The notes under the pieces: generated by a model
What the model saw: only the letters and a program-made list of their open reading frames with translations
Database searches by the model: none
What the model was told of the DNA's origin: nothing
Origin: a virus
Length of the DNA stretch: 35,201 nucleotides
Reading direction: 5' to 3' (one strand)
Virus record (IMG/VR): IMGVR_UViG_3300025644_000310
Span: 1 to 35,201 of that record
Shown here: one piece after another, positions 1 to 11,332 of the stretch
Numbering within the stretch: the stretch's first letter is position 1
Layout of the letters: every line of letters begins with the position of its first letter
Translations under genes and position numbers: made by a program

Positions 1-246
1 TGTATCTGCATCTACTATCAATATTTGGTCGTAATCTATATTATTTGCCTCCAATATATCAAACATATAATATCGTTGCCAAGTTATTTTCATTTGTTCT
101 ATTGGTAACAATAAATCGTTCCATACTACAAGTTCACAATTATATTTATCACAAAAATGTTTCCAACTATTGATAGAATAATTATATGATTTATTTCTAC
201 CATCACCCAAATCAATGTTAGGTATAAAAACTACATTTTTACTCAC
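1..246 (-). CDS. Glycosyltransferase (GT-A-like), N-terminal part, runs off the left edge
   Basis: Manual translation from GTG at 246: MSKNVVFIPNIDLG...YDQILIVDADT; DxD-type motif at the window edge; start overlaps the end of the upstream radical SAM gene. Confidence 0.7.
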   Translation of the reverse strand, partial: MSKNVVFIPNIDLGDGRNKSYNYSINSWKHFCDKYNCELVVWNDLLLPIEQMKITWQRYYMFDILEANNIDYDQILIVDADT

Positions 247-1162
247 TAAATATACCTCGTTCTTCTTCAGAAGTACAACCACTCTTATTACATTTCCTAC
301 ACATCTGTAACAAATCTCTACGGCCTTTCTTTAAAGTTTTTCTATAATGTTCATAAGATTCATTTGTCCATACATCTTCTATACTTGTTTCCAAAACATT
401 TCCATGTATAACTTGATATTCCCAATCACAACAACATAATATTGCATCTCCATCCCATTTAATATACATTTGATTTGAAGGATACCCACAATCTTTTTGT
501 GGAACTGATATATCTGGATTTACATTTACAAGTCCACCTCTGTTCCAATATGTATGTGGACCATAATGTTCTTTCTTATTCTTATCTTCTTTTTTCTTAA
601 CTTGTTCTACATTATAATTTGATGATAAAATTATATTTACATTAGCTTCTTGAAAATGTTGCATTACTTCTATCATTCTTGTTGCATATTTATCATCAAA
701 ATAATCATCAAATTGTATCCTATTTAACCCCGCATCTATCATATCTCTCATCAACTCTTTTGTTAATCCCGTTCCGTTACTATCCATCTGAATAAATACA
801 TCAGGTAGATATTCTCTTGCTATTCTAATAAATTCAACTATTCTATCTTTATCCATTAAAGGTTCACTCATCAAGTATGGTGAAAACCTACCATTAAACT
901 CCAAATTAGCTAAATTCTTAACAATCTTTGTATAGTTTTCAACTGTCATCGTGTTATATGGAATACCCTTTTTCTTATTTTCAACCCTGTCCCATATAAG
1001 ATAATGATTAGGACAAAAATCACATTTCAAATTACAAAATTCTATTGTTTGTATTTGAATATTTGTAAATAATTGAATCCCCTTTACATAAACATCTGGT
1101 CTATGTGGGATTTCCCAAAGACCTTTACCGGCAGATAATATTCTTGGTAAATAATATTCCAT
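239..1162 (-). CDS. Radical SAM / SPASM domain protein
   Basis: CxxxCxxC (CNLKCDFC); C-terminal CGYP...DGDAILCCCDW...CRKC SPASM-like cysteines. Confidence 0.9.
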   Translation of the reverse strand: MEYYLPRILSAGKGLWEIPHRPDVYVKGIQLFTNIQIQTIEFCNLKCDFCPNHYLIWDRVENKKKGIPYNTMTVENYTKIVKNLANLEFNGRFSPYLMSEPLMDKDRIVEFIRIAREYLPDVFIQMDSNGTGLTKELMRDMIDAGLNRIQFDDYFDDKYATRMIEVMQHFQEANVNIILSSNYNVEQVKKKEDKNKKEHYGPHTYWNRGGLVNVNPDISVPQKDCGYPSNQMYIKWDGDAILCCCDWEYQVIHGNVLETSIEDVWTNESYEHYRKTLKKGRRDLLQMCRKCNKSGCTSEEERGIFSE

Positions 1163-1854
1163 TATTTCTTACCTGTATGTGCTCCCATATTCAAAAAATA
1201 TTTATTATCTCGTGAATCACCTTGAATATAACTAAACTTCAAATCATTCTTCCACGCTATATAATTAAAACTCAACTGTTCTCTCTTGCTATTATATTTT
1301 AACTCGTTCCAGTGATTTTCCATTGATTCTATAACATCTTTTTCATTGTGTCGTCTTAAAACTTCCATTTGAACTACTAATCCATTATTTTCTGGATATC
1401 CATCTCGTCTATATCGATTCATCTGTTCTTTAATAAGTAGTGGGTTGTCTTTGTAATTTCCATTATTTTTTATTCCAAGTTGTAGAATGGTATTCGCTTC
1501 ACCATAGATACAATTTCGTGGGTCTAACTGATTTTGTGAGTGGTCATACGTCGCATAATTACAACCACCAAGATGACTTACTAATTCGTTTACATCTCCA
1601 ACCACTTTTATATTACCATCTAACCATAAACTGTATTCATAATCTGGAAATAACCTATGTGGTAATAACTTATGTTTACGAGCTGTTCTCGTGTTATCTA
1701 TATATAGTGGTAAAGTTGGTCTAACGTCCCATGTTTCTGATTGTAAATCTCTATCTGAAAAACATACAAAGTCCCAACCTTCTGGTTTGTAATCTGGTTC
1801 TACTAATCCATCATAACCACCAAATATAGCTGTATATATAACCTTACTATTCAT
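1162..1854 (-). CDS. DUF616-like glycosyltransferase
   Basis: VIYTAIFGGYD, YSLWLDGNI (DxN), REQLSFNYIAW motifs typical of DUF616. Confidence 0.8.
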   Translation of the reverse strand: MNSKVIYTAIFGGYDGLVEPDYKPEGWDFVCFSDRDLQSETWDVRPTLPLYIDNTRTARKHKLLPHRLFPDYEYSLWLDGNIKVVGDVNELVSHLGGCNYATYDHSQNQLDPRNCIYGEANTILQLGIKNNGNYKDNPLLIKEQMNRYRRDGYPENNGLVVQMEVLRRHNEKDVIESMENHWNELKYNSKREQLSFNYIAWKNDLKFSYIQGDSRDNKYFLNMGAHTGKK

Positions 1855-2548
1855 AATTTAACAATCCTTTGTTATCTGCTTTTCTAATATCTCTCCAACC
1901 ACCTTGCTTGATATGATGTACATAGCATGTACCTACAACTACTGAATGTAATATTCGCTGCTGTAATTCTACTTCTTGATGACCCCATTTTTCTTCATGT
2001 GCAGTACTAAAAAGATTATTGTTAATGTCATAATAGTTTGATAATATTGTCTCTCTAGTCATGCCCAAACAAAATCCATTTATTACATCTACTTCGAAAA
2101 TATTACCGTGAGGTTTATTACCTTCCTGTGGAGGGCAGTTAGCATTGTTAGATATAGGACCGTATATAGCATTATCACGTAACTCATGCGTCGCTATTGC
2201 ATCAATAAAATTGTTTATTGTTTTATCTAAGATAACATCATCATTTATAACTATAATTACATTATAATCTTCTAACATCGCTTGCTTTACACCTTCATTC
2301 CAAGTATAAGTAATTCCACCGATATATTGATCTTTTATTCTAATAATACTCAAATTGTCTGGACAATTCTCTATCTTAAAAATATCGTCTGAAGCGTTGT
2401 CGAACGCAAATAACTTAAATGGATATTCACAATTAGTATATAATGATTGTATATAGTTATTAAATAAATCGAATCCATTCGGCCTATGCTTTACGCTTTG
2501 ATGTGTGGCACATACAAATCCAACTTTTATATTTGTATTATGCTTCAT
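1847..2548 (-). CDS. GT2-like glycosyltransferase
   Basis: FDNAS, TWNEGV, VINDDV GT-A motifs; C-terminal YVHH. Confidence 0.75.
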   Translation of the reverse strand: MKHNTNIKVGFVCATHQSVKHRPNGFDLFNNYIQSLYTNCEYPFKLFAFDNASDDIFKIENCPDNLSIIRIKDQYIGGITYTWNEGVKQAMLEDYNVIIVINDDVILDKTINNFIDAIATHELRDNAIYGPISNNANCPPQEGNKPHGNIFEVDVINGFCLGMTRETILSNYYDINNNLFSTAHEEKWGHQEVELQQRILHSVVVGTCYVHHIKQGGWRDIRKADNKGLLNYE

Positions 2549-3236
2549 TAAACCTTATCCCCATATTTTTATATTCATCTTCTGAATATCGATGTGTATA
2601 GTGGTCAATATTAGATGGAGAGGTCCAAATACTTGCACCAGAGAATTCACCAGAACATACCCATTGTTCACAATCTAATCTTATACCTCTAGGGTGTAAG
2701 TTCTCTATCTTACCTAACCCTTTTATGTGCTCTGATTTAGACCACCAGAAGTTTCCGGCGTAATGCCACCCTTTAGTATGTGATCTACTATCTACTTGTA
2801 GATTAACACCACAAGTATCATACGTATCTAATAAATTAATGCATTCTTTCCATTTAGTGACATTAAAGTATATCATATAATTAACCCAATCTTCAATTTG
2901 TAAAGAGTGTTTTCTAGAATTTCCTTTTGAATGTAAATATAATACACGAAAATCTTCTTTCTGAGAATCTTCCTTTAATAATTCTAAGGTTTTCTTTTCT
3001 CGTAAACTGATATCGTTAGATTGAAAAATAATATTCAATTTGGATTTCATATAAGAATGTAAAAGTATTTTTGCTTCTTCAATTTCTACATCGCTTCCGT
3101 AAACACACACTCTTATCTCGTCTATAAAATCATATAAACCAGAATCTTTAATAGTCACAAGAAATCCTTCAATGATTGATTTCCAATTATTGATAGCACA
3201 AAGATGTAGATATATATATGTTTTTACATTAATCAC
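2538..3236 (-). CDS. Putative glycosyltransferase-like protein
   Basis: VLYLHSKG and HYAGNFWW motifs; probable GTG start at 3236 overlapping the upstream TGA (GTGA); cluster context. Confidence 0.55.
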   Translation of the reverse strand: MINVKTYIYLHLCAINNWKSIIEGFLVTIKDSGLYDFIDEIRVCVYGSDVEIEEAKILLHSYMKSKLNIIFQSNDISLREKKTLELLKEDSQKEDFRVLYLHSKGNSRKHSLQIEDWVNYMIYFNVTKWKECINLLDTYDTCGVNLQVDSRSHTKGWHYAGNFWWSKSEHIKGLGKIENLHPRGIRLDCEQWVCSGEFSGASIWTSPSNIDHYTHRYSEDEYKNMGIRFNEA

Positions 3237-4225
3237 TTTTCCTCCCAATACTCATAAACTCCCTTCTCTATTTCATAACTTTCCCAAAATTTTCTCATGT
3301 TGTTAGGTTGTGTTTTGGCCCAGACCCACATCTGCTGTAACCCATCATGTAATGAAGTTACATCTTTATACTCCAACAACTTTTCTGATTTACTCCAGGT
3401 AGAATGTGCATCCTTTACCTCATGTCTTGCTTCTTTATGAACCTTCTCTCCTCCTCCTATTACATCTCTTAAAATTTTATTTGCTTCATTAATAGTATAA
3501 AATTTTGTTCCTCCAAGATTTATAATTTCCTTTGAGCAATTTGGCTGCATTCCTGCTTTATAAAGTGGCTCTATACAATCACCAATATAGCTAAAAGCTC
3601 TAGTTTGCTCTCCATCTCCAAAAATTGTCATTGGCTCTTTATTAATATACTGATACATCCATATACCTAATACATTTCTATATTTATCCCAGATATTTTG
3701 CTTTTCACCATAAACATTGTGTGGTCTAATTATACACCAATCTAATCCATGTTGTTCACCTGCTATCTTGATATCCATCTCACAAGCATACTTTGCGACT
3801 CCATATGGATCTACAGGTTCAGGTATATCCCTTTCATCAAATGGTGATTTACCGTGACCATACACAGCCATTGTTGATGTAAATACTAATCTTTTTACTT
3901 CATAATTAATACAACAATTTACTATTTTAGCTGTTGAAATTAAATTATTTTTATAATTAAAAGCTCTCATAAAAGGGCTTAATCCTTCTGCAGCATAAGC
4001 TGCAAAATGATATACAATATCAGGAGCAGTTTTTTCAAAAATATTATTTAATTGATTTCCTTCTAATAAATCAAACTTATAAAATTCTACGTCTTTATGG
4101 ATATTATTAATATACCCACCACTTAAATCATCTATACCAATGACTCTATGATTTGTATTTTCAATTACCCAATCTGCAAACTTACTTCCTATTAATCCAG
4201 CTACTCCTGTTATCAGTATTTTCAT
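3233..4225 (-). CDS. NAD-dependent nucleotide-sugar epimerase/dehydratase (extended SDR)
   Basis: ITGVAGLIG Rossmann motif, YGVAK (YxxxK), IRPHNVYG, GEQTRAFSY. Confidence 0.92.
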   Translation of the reverse strand: MKILITGVAGLIGSKFADWVIENTNHRVIGIDDLSGGYINNIHKDVEFYKFDLLEGNQLNNIFEKTAPDIVYHFAAYAAEGLSPFMRAFNYKNNLISTAKIVNCCINYEVKRLVFTSTMAVYGHGKSPFDERDIPEPVDPYGVAKYACEMDIKIAGEQHGLDWCIIRPHNVYGEKQNIWDKYRNVLGIWMYQYINKEPMTIFGDGEQTRAFSYIGDCIEPLYKAGMQPNCSKEIINLGGTKFYTINEANKILRDVIGGGEKVHKEARHEVKDAHSTWSKSEKLLEYKDVTSLHDGLQQMWVWAKTQPNNMRKFWESYEIEKGVYEYWEEK

Positions 4226-4228
4226 TTA

Positions 4229-5065
4229 TTAATCCCTTAACTTAAAGCTCTTATAATCTTCATTACCTCTGTTCTGTGATATCAACCAATCTCTAGCCTT
4301 TACCGTATCCATATCTATCCATTCTTGAATTTTTGAATTTGCAAATCCATTATATTTAAGATGTATTTTACAATTATCCTCTTCCATATCTATATATACA
4401 TCAGCATGCTTCCACTTTGGTGTTCCTGTTTTAGATCCAGGTGTATGATGATGTGTATACTCTAGTTCTGTTCTCCAGTTTTCGAATCCATGCTCTAACA
4501 TCTGAAAATTAAGATCTGCATTAGGTACTGTCATCATATGCTCATCATATCTAATTAGATGCTCTCTCATTATATCTCCACTTACTAGTGTTATACCATC
4601 AGTCCAGTATGTTTCAAATGTATCTGTATCTCGCACTTTTAAGGTTTCAATGGTATACTCCTTTCTAGGATTATACTTTCGCTGACCCCCGTGTAACCGT
4701 GTCCCGAATACACCACAATTAGGTATACTTTTAGATAATGATGTAATTTTTTCTAACCAGTTACTTGTTGTAATTACTAGATCGTCCTCTTGATACAAAT
4801 ACCAATCTTCATCAGTTAAATATTCTAATCCTTTATTCATAGCCTTAGCAATATGTCCACCTGGTTCTGATGTAGTTTTAATTATATTTGTATAACCAAA
4901 ATCGTGTGCCAAAAACTCATCATCAGAATACGTACCATTTTTTACTATTACAGTTTTAATATCAAATGTATCGTTTGAATAAACTGAATCTATAACTTCT
5001 TGTAATAATTCTAATCTACTTGCTGTTGTTGGTATTACTACTAATATGCTTTGCTTTTTATTCAT
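4229..5065 (-). CDS. GT2-like glycosyltransferase
   Basis: LVVIPT, AMNKGL, YQEDDL GT-A pattern. Confidence 0.7.
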   Translation of the reverse strand: MNKKQSILVVIPTTASRLELLQEVIDSVYSNDTFDIKTVIVKNGTYSDDEFLAHDFGYTNIIKTTSEPGGHIAKAMNKGLEYLTDEDWYLYQEDDLVITTSNWLEKITSLSKSIPNCGVFGTRLHGGQRKYNPRKEYTIETLKVRDTDTFETYWTDGITLVSGDIMREHLIRYDEHMMTVPNADLNFQMLEHGFENWRTELEYTHHHTPGSKTGTPKWKHADVYIDMEEDNCKIHLKYNGFANSKIQEWIDMDTVKARDWLISQNRGNEDYKSFKLRD

Positions 5066-5078
5066 ATGATTTGCTCTT

Positions 5079-5093
5079 TATTTATAATATACG
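5079..5093 (-). promoter_or_regulatory. Possible promoter (CGTATATTATAAATA)
   Basis: CGTATATT shared with the promoter at 20256-20284; overlaps TATAAATA; lies in one of the few intergenic gaps; no well-spaced -35. Confidence 0.3.
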
Positions 5094-5114
5094 AAAATAA
5101 TACTCAATACCCTA

Positions 5115-6089
5115 CTACATAGTTAATATATTAATATCATTCTGCACCATTCGTTGAATCATTTCAACAAAAGAAACTTTAGGTTGCCAACCAAGTATAT
5201 TTAAAGCTTTTGTTGCATCTCCAGTTAAGTTATCAACATCCACAGGGCGGATCATTGCCGGATCTTGTATTACATATTGAGACCAATCATCTACACCTAT
5301 TGCGGAAAATGATGCATCTAGTAACTGTCTAATTGAGTATTTTTTTCCTGTTGCTATGACGTAATCATCTGGCGTATCTTGTTGCAACATTAACCACATT
5401 GCTTCTACATAGTCAGGAGCATATCCCCAGTCACGCTTAGCATCTAGATTACCTAGCTTTATACTATCAGAAAGTCCTAGATGTATTCTAGCGACTCCAT
5501 TTGTTATTTTACGAGTAACAAATTCTATACCCCTTCGCTCAGACTCATGATTGAATAATATACCACTACAAGCGAATAAAGTATGAGATTCTCGATAATT
5601 CTTAGTTATCCAATGTCCATATAGTTTAGCTACTCCATATGGACTTCTAGGATAAAATCGTGTCAACTCTGTTTGAGGTGTTTCTACTACTTTACCGAAC
5701 ATTTCAGATGTAGATGCTTGGTAAAACTTAATACTACTATTATACTCTCGAATAGCTTCTAGCATTCGAAGAACTCCTAACGCTCCTACATTACCAGTAT
5801 TCTCTGGAGTATTCCAGCTCTCACCTACATATGACATAGCTCCTAAATTATAAATTTCATCAGGATTGGATTCTTTAATACATCGTAGTAATGAGTTTTG
5901 ATCTGTTAAGTCACCGTTTATAAATGTAATTTTGCTTTCTAGATGGTGAGTGTTTACTCGATTCTTTGTTGATGATCGTCGCTCTAACCCGTACACGATA
6001 TACCCTTTAGTTAGTAAAAAGTCAGCAAGATAGCTACCATCTTGACCGTTTATTCCTGTAATAAGTGCTCGTTTTTTCATATTACTCAC
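5115..6089 (-). CDS. gmd: GDP-mannose 4,6-dehydratase
   Basis: [54 protein letters not shown]. Confidence 0.97.
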   Translation of the reverse strand: MSNMKKRALITGINGQDGSYLADFLLTKGYIVYGLERRSSTKNRVNTHHLESKITFINGDLTDQNSLLRCIKESNPDEIYNLGAMSYVGESWNTPENTGNVGALGVLRMLEAIREYNSSIKFYQASTSEMFGKVVETPQTELTRFYPRSPYGVAKLYGHWITKNYRESHTLFACSGILFNHESERRGIEFVTRKITNGVARIHLGLSDSIKLGNLDAKRDWGYAPDYVEAMWLMLQQDTPDDYVIATGKKYSIRQLLDASFSAIGVDDWSQYVIQDPAMIRPVDVDNLTGDATKALNILGWQPKVSFVEMIQRMVQNDINILTM

Positions 6090-7308
6090 CTTCTATAATC
6101 TCAAATGATGGACATGGTACTATAAACTTTCCACCATTATTTAGATAATCTTTCTCTCGTCTTCTAAATTCATTTATAAAATGCCAAGGTAATACTAACA
6201 TGTAGTCAGGATTTTGCTTTCTCATATACTCCTCAGAATATATCGGTATATTTGTACCTACCGTTTTTAATCCAAACTTATATGGACTTCGCTCTGCTAT
6301 ACCATCTATAAGTGAATTATCTAATCCATACCACTGTAATAGAGTATTACCTTTTGTAGAAGCTCCATACCCCCATACTGTTTTACCTTCACTCTTTACT
6401 TGCTTTATAAATGCTACAGTCTCATCTCGCAACTTGCATATCTTATCATAGAACTCTAAATAAGGATCCAATGATGTGATTTTCTCATTTGCCTCCATAG
6501 CTAAAATACTATCAACTCTATACTGTGCTACATCTCGAAAAGGAGCTGTTCTAAACATAGTATCATCTGCGATATTTTTTCTAATATATACTCTAAAACT
6601 TCCTCCATTAATATCATTCAATGTACAATCAACCACACTCATATTAACTTGATTTAGCAAATTACTGATGGAGGTTAAGCTATAATAATATACATGTTCG
6701 TGACATATATTATCGAATGCTAATTGTTTTAACATTAATGGAGTATAACTCATTTGAAGTACGAATAATCCATTATCATCTAACACCTCATCAATATCTC
6801 TTAGAAATGATATTGGATCATCTAAATCATAAAACATAGCAATCGTTGTTATTATCTTAGCTTTTTTATTCCCATATTTTGATTTCTTAAAAACTTCAGA
6901 TGTAAAATAATCCTGTATAATTGTGTCTGCGATTTGAGAAGATTCATTATAATATGAATCATCTACTGGGTCTATTCCAATTTTTATCATATCATCAGGT
7001 ACAAATTTTAAAAGTGTACCGTCATTACACGCGATGTCTAAAAAAACATCACCATCATCTATTGGTATAGATGTTACACAATCTTCAGCTATCGATTTCA
7101 ATTCATTGGTCATAGTCGCGTTTATACCTGATCTATACCAATATTGTCCATACATTTTATCTGGATTTGTAACAGAATCTAATTTTGGTGCACCTATGGA
7201 TTCATCCATAACTAAAGACAATAGTTCTCTGCCCCCTCTTGGTGGGTTATTATCTTTTATAAAATCGGAAACATATAAATCTCCTAATGAAAATAATTTA
7301 TTATTCAT
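6082..7308 (-). CDS. NDP-sugar C-methyltransferase (class I SAM, C-methyltransferase C-terminal domain)
   Basis: [46 protein letters not shown]. Confidence 0.9.
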   Translation of the reverse strand: MNNKLFSLGDLYVSDFIKDNNPPRGGRELLSLVMDESIGAPKLDSVTNPDKMYGQYWYRSGINATMTNELKSIAEDCVTSIPIDDGDVFLDIACNDGTLLKFVPDDMIKIGIDPVDDSYYNESSQIADTIIQDYFTSEVFKKSKYGNKKAKIITTIAMFYDLDDPISFLRDIDEVLDDNGLFVLQMSYTPLMLKQLAFDNICHEHVYYYSLTSISNLLNQVNMSVVDCTLNDINGGSFRVYIRKNIADDTMFRTAPFRDVAQYRVDSILAMEANEKITSLDPYLEFYDKICKLRDETVAFIKQVKSEGKTVWGYGASTKGNTLLQWYGLDNSLIDGIAERSPYKFGLKTVGTNIPIYSEEYMRKQNPDYMLVLPWHFINEFRRREKDYLNNGGKFIVPCPSFEIIEGE

Positions 7309-8027
7309 ATTTTGTTCTCCTCATGTTTAATATAAAAATCATTAATTTTATATCTTTTATCTTTTTTGTATCCCATTAAATTCATATATTCCTCAATATT
7401 ATCATCATTGTAATTATTTTCTATTATTAATAATTTAACACTATATTTATCAAAATCTAAACCTTTTATTACATCCAATTCCGTTCCTTCTGTATCTATG
7501 GATATAAAATCTATATCTACAACATTTTCAAATGGTGTATCAGATGTTTCATTTTCTAATATCCAATTTAATGTTCTAACTTTTACATCCACTTTATAGC
7601 TATCATTTATTATTTCTTTATGATCTTCAACCAATCTTTCATCTGGTGACAATGATGTGAGTGAAGATGTTATATCATCCTTTCCTACTCTAAAAATGTG
7701 TAATGGTAATTCTTTATTTTCTTTACCACATGCATAATATCTAACAAATTTTCTATGTGCTGTTAATGATTCTTTATGTTCTATATTTGGTTCTATACAT
7801 AGAGCATCCCAACCTATATCTTCAAAATATTTAGTATTAGAGCCTTTATAACCATTAGCAGCTCCAACCTCAATACATATACCATCTGATTTATTCTTAA
7901 AATAAGATTCAATAATCTTATCTGTTTCCCACTGCCCGTAATATTTACTTGTAGCTTGCGTATTAAGCTCTGTGTTATTTTTATTTACATTATACATATC
8001 TATCTCTATCTTAAATAATGGATCCAA
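7305..8027 (-). CDS. FkbM-family methyltransferase
   Basis: IEVGAANG, LCIEPN, ISIDTEGTELDVIKG, LIIEN; true start may be a later ATG. Confidence 0.88.
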   Translation of the reverse strand: MDPLFKIEIDMYNVNKNNTELNTQATSKYYGQWETDKIIESYFKNKSDGICIEVGAANGYKGSNTKYFEDIGWDALCIEPNIEHKESLTAHRKFVRYYACGKENKELPLHIFRVGKDDITSSLTSLSPDERLVEDHKEIINDSYKVDVKVRTLNWILENETSDTPFENVVDIDFISIDTEGTELDVIKGLDFDKYSVKLLIIENNYNDDNIEEYMNLMGYKKDKRYKINDFYIKHEENKI

Positions 8028-8776
8028 CCACGTGCTATTGCTATTGATTGCATTCTTCTAAATACATCAATATCTTCACTATATAAATCTTTTGCAAAAT
8101 CTTTATCTGAATCAGATGAACCTGTTTTATCAAATTTATTAATTATACCAGTATTAAATGAGTTACGTCTAGCTGCATCTAGATTTGGGAATACAGTAAC
8201 GTCTTTCGTGATTAATACATTACATCCTAAAGGCGATGATATATTATTTAACCTCTCAAATTGGTGACAGTCTACTCCACCACGATCTTGAGCATTTTTT
8301 AACAGCTTAATTAAAAACTCTCGCTTCCATATACTTGGTAGTAGTGATGTAGTATGTAATGTAGATGGAGTATCAGTACAAGTATACCAATTTCCGCTAT
8401 ATAATACTGATGCTTTGCTTGTATAATCTTTATGAAGATATAGCTTATCCACTCCGCCCGCCTCCATTAAAGCAATTCCTTCAGCTAACCGGGTAGCATC
8501 CACAGGCTTTACGAGGTAATGATCTTCAAACGATAGTAGTAGATACTCGTCATCTATAGATTCGAAAAAAGTAATTAATGGAAAGGTCCATGTAGGAAAA
8601 TCCTTCTGTTTTCCCATAGATGTAAATTCAAAATTATTCGGTAATATTATGTCTGGTGAATCAAATCCTAATATTACTGTATCTACATCGTCACCAGTCC
8701 AGTATTTAGTAAATAGTTGAATATACCCTTCTAGTAAGAAATTGTATCGATCAGATGTAATTATAAAGCTCCTCAC
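8006..8776 (-). CDS. Glycosyltransferase-like hypothetical protein
   Basis: Full-length ORF in the glycan cluster; LLSFEDHY resembles a GT-A acidic motif; GTG start. Confidence 0.45.
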   Translation of the reverse strand: MRSFIITSDRYNFLLEGYIQLFTKYWTGDDVDTVILGFDSPDIILPNNFEFTSMGKQKDFPTWTFPLITFFESIDDEYLLLSFEDHYLVKPVDATRLAEGIALMEAGGVDKLYLHKDYTSKASVLYSGNWYTCTDTPSTLHTTSLLPSIWKREFLIKLLKNAQDRGGVDCHQFERLNNISSPLGCNVLITKDVTVFPNLDAARRNSFNTGIINKFDKTGSSDSDKDFAKDLYSEDIDVFRRMQSIAIARGWIHYLR

Positions 8777-9081
8777 TACCTATCCTCTCCACTGTAAAAT
8801 TTATTCTTACCTGTTCCTAATAACTGCTCAGCTGTTATTTTGAAAGTTGTATCATTTGAAGATATTTTGTCAATTAATACTCTAATTCCTGAATTGATCT
8901 GATCTATTAAATCATTTCGCTCTCTATTTGTCGAGCTTATCTTAGATAAGAATTGCTTTAATTCCTGCTCAGTTCGTGATTCACTTGTATTACAGTAATT
9001 TCTTCGCTCATCTTCTAAATTCCATAACCGTATATTTGATATAGTTAACTTATCGATAAGATCTCCTATTGTATCAGCCAT
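8776..9081 (-). CDS. Small helical protein, DUF4254-like
   Basis: TIGDLIDKLTISNIRLWNLED ... NRERNDLIDQI pattern. Confidence 0.55.
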   Translation of the reverse strand: MADTIGDLIDKLTISNIRLWNLEDERRNYCNTSESRTEQELKQFLSKISSTNRERNDLIDQINSGIRVLIDKISSNDTTFKITAEQLLGTGKNKFYSGEDR

Positions 9082-9098
9082 TTTGATTCTCGTGTATT

Positions 9099-10058
9099 TT
9101 ATCTATTGAGTGAGTTTAATATTGATATTATATATTGCACTCTTTGTTCAGCCGTATGATGTGCTTTTAAGTGTTTGTAACCTTCTTGTCCTACCGTATA
9201 ACATGCTTCTCTATTATTTAGATAATATCTTATCTTAGTTTCAAACTCTTGTATAGTTTCATACTCAACATAATTCTTACTATCAGTAAATTTATATGGA
9301 AAAAGAATATTATATTTTTGCGTGAATGCACAAGTTTTATTTGCAAGTATCTCCCATAACCTTGCACAGCAATCACCTCCACCCCATGCATCAACTGCTA
9401 TATATGATTGAGCTAAAATATCTTTATACGTATCATAATCATACTCTCCACCTACTACTATATTATACCCTTCTCCTTTTAACCGCTTACATACGCTTTC
9501 CGTTTCAGCTCGTAATCCATCATTAATCTGACCGTATGCGCAGAATACATCAATACTCTTTTCTTGCTCTGATACGTTATAATATCGATCAACTGCTCCA
9601 AATAGTAACGGTATGATGCCGAGATTTACATCTTCAGGGTAGCATTCTCTTTTGAAATACCATTTGCAGTAGTTAAGCATATCCATGTTTACCCATTCAG
9701 ACCCTCTTCGACGTTTAGGATTCCATTTAGCTTCTACCACCTGTCCTTGTTCAGGTTGACCAGAGTATGTCCACTCACTCCCGTCAATAAAAACAGTTCT
9801 ATCAGGGCGATTTATACGCTTTACAACATTGTAATCAATTCCAGGATGTGTACCCTTTTTCTTTCCCCAAATTGCAAAAATATAATCTGCAGAATCTGCG
9901 TATTTATAAAAATCAGATAATGCGATTACATCTGTAGGTTTTGCTCCGTTACCTGGTTGATAAAATTTAACTTCAATATCACTCTTATACAGTCCTTCAA
10001 TAACTGTCTCTGCTAGATAATCTAATTTCTTATATGGAGAAATAACAGCTATTCTCAT
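9099..10058 (-). CDS. GT-B-like glycosyltransferase (CgeB/Glyco_trans_1_2-like C-terminus)
   Basis: YKDILAQSYIAVD ... RLWEILANK ... YIRYYL-like tail; cluster context. Confidence 0.65.
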   Translation of the reverse strand: MRIAVISPYKKLDYLAETVIEGLYKSDIEVKFYQPGNGAKPTDVIALSDFYKYADSADYIFAIWGKKKGTHPGIDYNVVKRINRPDRTVFIDGSEWTYSGQPEQGQVVEAKWNPKRRRGSEWVNMDMLNYCKWYFKRECYPEDVNLGIIPLLFGAVDRYYNVSEQEKSIDVFCAYGQINDGLRAETESVCKRLKGEGYNIVVGGEYDYDTYKDILAQSYIAVDAWGGGDCCARLWEILANKTCAFTQKYNILFPYKFTDSKNYVEYETIQEFETKIRYYLNNREACYTVGQEGYKHLKAHHTAEQRVQYIISILNSLNR

Positions 10059-10924
10059 AAATACACTTCTCCTTTTACAAAATTATGTGCTATTGGAAAT
10101 TGTCTCTGTGACTCATAACATTTTGAATATCGTGTAACAGTCTGGTTCGTTCCACATTGATTACTAATATTTACCTTTGCTTTTGATTTAATATATAATT
10201 GTATTCTTAAATCAATATTATGTAAATCTAAAACTTTATTTATCCAATTAAACTCGGTATCTTGTATAGGTTTATAAGTCCAATAAAAATAAGGTAATGA
10301 GTTTTCAGTTAAAACTTTTGTTATATTATTAATATCTTTTTTAAAAGTTTCTTTATGATATTTTCCGGATTGAGTACCAAATCTATCAGAAATTAACAAA
10401 CATCCAAATTCCTTATCACCCACATATTCTTTTATAATATCATCACCTAATTTCTTCTCTTCATCAGACCAATACATTTCTGGTTGTGAATCACTCATTT
10501 CTTCATCAGTGAATTGCCAGAATTTCAATATCTGTTTCAATAACGGAATGTCTGTATTGTCTTTATCATATATTCTGTAATGATCGTGGAATACTTCACC
10601 ACTTATCACATCAACAAACTCATCTACAAATGAATTATTATCAAATACCACTTGAACATTATTGTGGTCTTGACCATATAACTTTTTTAGAAGTTTTTTA
10701 GATGGAACATATACCTTACAACCAGGATATTTTTCTTTAAGTAATCGAGGCATTGCTGATATAATTCCCCAATCACCTATTCCGTGAGCAGTTCTCATAA
10801 TCATAAACTCTTGTTTATCTAAATACTCATCAGGTATCCGTAATCCTTCTGATTTCTCAAATCCAAGATTGTCCGTTTCGTGAACTGGGTGAAGTTGGTT
10901 ATCTACGATTCTCCAGAATATCAT
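10055..10924 (-). CDS. GT9 (heptosyltransferase)-like glycosyltransferase
   Basis: HGIGDWGIISAMPRLLKEKYPGCKV resembles the GT9 N-terminal GxGD motif. Confidence 0.6.
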   Translation of the reverse strand: MIFWRIVDNQLHPVHETDNLGFEKSEGLRIPDEYLDKQEFMIMRTAHGIGDWGIISAMPRLLKEKYPGCKVYVPSKKLLKKLYGQDHNNVQVVFDNNSFVDEFVDVISGEVFHDHYRIYDKDNTDIPLLKQILKFWQFTDEEMSDSQPEMYWSDEEKKLGDDIIKEYVGDKEFGCLLISDRFGTQSGKYHKETFKKDINNITKVLTENSLPYFYWTYKPIQDTEFNWINKVLDLHNIDLRIQLYIKSKAKVNISNQCGTNQTVTRYSKCYESQRQFPIAHNFVKGEVYL

Positions 10925-11332
10925 CTACCAACTCACATCCCAATCATCAAACTCGGCTGCTATACAATCTACTTTATAATCTTTTCTTCCACCATCTACA
11001 AGTTGGTCTTGGATTTTATTCTTAGCAGTATTTCTAATTCCATTTAATCCATGAGTCAATCCAAGATTACCATCACCTTCACCGGCTCTATATTTGGTTT
11101 CATTATGCCAAATATGTAGATTCATTTGTGATAAAACTATAACTGCCCTAAGAAGTTCTCCTAAGTTAGCATAATCATATTCTTTTTCTAAACCCAATTT
11201 ATTTAAATCGTGAACTATGTCTTTAATTTCTTTGGCATATTCTTCTTTGTGTTCTGTTATAAAAACTTCTTTTAGTTGAATAATAGAAAGTCTGTCTATT
11301 AGTTCAGCTATTGTTGGTAAATATTTTCTCAT
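10925..11332 (-). CDS. Small helical protein, DUF4254/DUF6165-like
   Basis: TIAELIDRLSIIQLKE ... NLHIWHNE ... NGIRNTAKNKI. Confidence 0.5.
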   Translation of the reverse strand: MRKYLPTIAELIDRLSIIQLKEVFITEHKEEYAKEIKDIVHDLNKLGLEKEYDYANLGELLRAVIVLSQMNLHIWHNETKYRAGEGDGNLGLTHGLNGIRNTAKNKIQDQLVDGGRKDYKVDCIAAEFDDWDVSW

